DNA of 64,000 nucleotides, from NCBI RefSeq assembly GCF_001194135.2, contig NC_069001.1, forward strand, positions 17,924,095 to 17,988,094, read 5' to 3'. Shown here piece by piece: positions 62,661-64,000 of this stretch. The DNA is from Octopus bimaculoides (lineage: Eukaryota). The notes under the pieces were generated by a model. The model did not search any database. It was not told the origin of the DNA and saw nothing but the letters and a program-made list of their open reading frames with translations. Within the stretch, counting starts at the first letter, position 1. Every line of letters starts with the position of its first letter. Position numbers and translations under genes: made by a program.

Positions 62661-63399
62661 GGTGAAGAAAAGTGAAAGTGAAAACAATAGAGAGTGGAGT
62701 GGGGAGAGAGATGGATAGAGAGATATAGATAGATAGATTTGTGTGTGAGTGCGATATGTTCCGTGTTTGCCAGCAGTAACTTGCCGTTTACTGTACTAGA
62801 ACTGAAATTAATATCTGGTCTAGAAATTATTGTGAGACACTTTAGTTGTTTTTTTTTAACGTTTGATTTAGTAACAGAAATCCTTTTGAAGAAACAAAAA
62901 ATGTAGTTCCAAGAAATTTATTTACGANNNNNNNNNNTTTCTATAAGGAAGGTGAAGAGTAAGATTTTCAAAAAGAAATATTTAAGAAGCTGTGATGTTC
63001 ATGTATTTCCCCAGGAGTTAAAAAAAAACAAAAACAATGCTACTGAAATTAAGTATACATACATGTAGTTGTTACGTCACTGACGCTAGAAAACTGGGAG
63101 TAAATATTTAAAAAGACTTTCAGATGTGAATCTAATATAAAAAACAATATTTTTTATTTTTAATAAAAACATCAAATGAAGAGCCTAACATGTGTCCGAG
63201 GTCAAATTATACATGCATCATGTATGGAAGCAATACACACACATACATGTGAGTTTATGCACATCTGCATATGTGAGAGTGTGTGTGTGTCTACTTGTTT
63301 CCCTGGAGTACATATATGTATGTGGATATGTACACTTAGGTATATCTCTCCCTGTCTATGTATACAAATACATATGTATATGGGTTTACGTGTTGGTCT

Positions 63400-63580
<181 letters not shown>

Positions 63581-64000
63581 CTTGTCAGTATAATTGTATA
63601 CAGTTTGGAATTACCCTGTCCATTCTCTAAATTTTTTTACCACTAATGTGTGTGCGAATATATATCCAGGTGTACATTTGCATGTATATATGGCTATATA
63701 TACATATTCTTTTATTCTTTTATATATATGTTATCTTGTGTAGCTCACTTCACTTTTTTCTATCTACCTATCTACCTACCTACCTACAATATGGTGATTA
63801 CTGCATGTGTGTATATATATGTGTATGTGTATATAGGTATGTATTTGTGTGTATGTACATCAGTGTATTTATGTGTCTGTATGGATGTACTGATATACCT
63901 GTACAATCGTGTGGGTGTTTCTGTGTATCTGTGTGTATGGATTTATATAAAGATATATGTGTGTGTTTGCAAGTATACATGCATGTATATATATATATAT

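Overview
Eukaryotic, AT-rich, microsatellite- and transposon-dense DNA with 8 N-gaps (~4634-4981, 9591-10364, 30990-31222, 35878-36468, 43139-43148, 52617-53447, 60163-61085, 62928-62937). The repeat landscape suggests an octopus/coleoid cephalopod draft genome (inference, not verified). The left two thirds hold the 5' ~910 codons of one minus-strand gene, an SHPRH orthologue (SNF2 helicase / PHD / RING E3 ligase). I reconstructed 18 coding exons from the ATG at 40520 down to 2412; all junctions are GT-AG and phase-consistent. The gene continues beyond position 1, so the RING and C-terminal helicase lobe are not in the window. This SHPRH appears to lack the H15 linker-histone domain of the vertebrate protein. 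The rest is introns, a CpG-retaining putative promoter region (~41.3-44 kb) and intergenic DNA full of mobile elements: Penelope-like (RT and GIY-YIG fragments), RTE LINEs carrying a PHD-like finger, Ty3/Gypsy remnants, mariners, hAT, piggyBac MITEs, Helitrons and several SINE families. The most interesting observation is a tRNA-headed, Penelope-tailed element in SHPRH intron 6 whose two inverted arms together reconstruct a minimal type I hammerhead ribozyme. Others are a 568-bp palindrome built from two mariner 3' ends, a 126-bp near-perfect duplication flanking exon 8, and a 91-bp Helitron with both termini.
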